Shown: in pieces, positions 60,230 through 64,000 of the stretch
Layout of the letters: each line of letters opens with the position of its first letter
Numbering within the stretch: position 1 is the stretch's first letter
Origin: the human T2T-CHM13v2.0 reference genome, Homo sapiens
Length of the DNA: 64,000 nucleotides
Assembly (NCBI RefSeq): GCF_009914755.1
Contig: NC_060933.1
Reading direction: 5' to 3' (one strand)
The notes under the pieces: model-generated
Told to the model about the DNA's origin: nothing
Databases searched by the model: none
The model's input: only the letters and a program-made list of their open reading frames with translations
Position numbers and translations under genes: made by a program

Positions 60230-61412
60230 TTTAAAACTATGTAAGTGCATTTGTCACTCAACAAGTCATTTTTATACATAGTTAAATAATTATTTCATTG
60301 CTTACAAGACAAAGACAACATATGCAAATGATATACAGTTCAAAAGATACAAAACGGGTAGCTCACTTACGAAAAGTAAGTCTCACTCTAGGTTTCCCAG
60401 TCATCCAGTTCTGGAGACAAGGGTTACTAATCCCTTTTGTATCCTTCAGTGTTTTTCTTTCTTTTTTTTTTTTTTTAATTCACTTGATAGCATATCTTAT
60501 GCACTGTTCTGTACCTTGCTTTTTAAACTTCACTCTTTATTAATTATGGTGCCTCATTCTTTTTAAAGACTTCATAATTGTATTTCATGGTAGATATTGC
60601 TGAATATGTAGGATGTTTTAAATGTTTTCCAATGAATACTATAGGATAAATTATTAGAAGTGAAATTGCAGGGTAAAAGTGTATTTTTTCTTCTTTGTTT
60701 TTTTTTGTTGAGATAAAATTCATATATATAAAGGGTACAACTTGGTAACTTTTGATGAGTGAATACACTCATGTTACTCACCATCTTAGTTGAAAATATA
60801 GGACATTTCCATCACCTTGAAGTTCCCTTATACTCCTTCTAGTCTATCCCAGTTCCCCTTTTAGGCAACCATTGTCTTACTTCTATCATCATAGGTTAGC
60901 TTTGCCAATTCTTCAACCTTATTTAAATAGAATCGCATAGTATGTACACTTTTGCTCACCATAATGTTTTCAAGTTTCATTTCATGCTGTTGGGTATATC
61001 TGTAGTAAATTTTAACAATTTCTGGGTAGTATTACGTTTTATGACTATATTACAACTTTTTCTCATTCTCTTATTGATGGACATTTGAGTTGTTTCCAGT
61101 TTGAGGCTATTATGAATAAGCTGGTAAAAACATTCTTGTGAAATTTTTTGGTGAAAATATATTTTCATGTCTCTGGCAAATAAGTAGAATAGAACTTCTA
61201 TGTCATAGGGTACATATGTATGTTTAACTTTGTAAGAGAACTGCCAAACAGTTTCAACATTCCAACAAGCAATATATAATAGTTCACGTTTCTCCTCTTC
61301 ACCAATATTTGATGTTGTCATTTTTTTATATTATTCATTTGAATGAGTATGAAATTCTATCGTATTGTGGTTTTAAATTGTGTTTCCTTTATGACTAATG
61401 GTGTTGAATACC
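60230..61412 (-). mobile_element. Two old L1M (L1MD/ME-like) 3' ends, antisense
   Basis: TTTTGTTGAGATAAAATTCATATA, GGCAACCATTG, TGATGGACATTTGAGTTGTTTCCAGTTT, ATTGTGGTTTTAA motifs. Confidence 0.75.
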
Positions 61413-61449
61413 TTTTTTTTTTTAAGCAAAAATACTATGGAACAACATC

Positions 61450-64000
<2,551 letters not shown>

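Overview
AT-rich, CpG-poor hominid (human or great-ape) DNA with no recognisable host protein-coding exon, tRNA, rRNA or CRISPR array. It looks like an intergenic region or deep intron. Species is inferred from AluY and an L1PA2-type element. Much of the window is interspersed repeat: nine primate L1 insertions (L1PA2 to L1PB), old L1M/HAL1, L2, MIR and L3 remnants, five Alu pieces, MaLR/ERVL solo LTRs and MITEs (MER94, Tigger2a, Tigger3a, MER5A). All long protein-like ORFs are L1 ORF2 remnants. I found no convincing new gene system. The best leads are genome-dynamics signals. (1) An L1PA3-type and an L1PA2-type element 15.5 kb apart share five non-consensus ORF2 changes, suggesting local gene conversion or an unrecognised sublineage. 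(2) The L1PA2 carries a probable 26-nt 3' transduction. (3) Three L1s have twin-priming 5' inversions. (4) There are several local templated duplications, including a ~180-bp ancient copy inside a MER21 LTR and a 38-bp copy at the edge of a Charlie element. (5) One Alu has a doubled 3' end. Repeat subfamily names are from memory of consensus sequences and need RepeatMasker/Dfam confirmation. Boundaries of old repeats are approximate.
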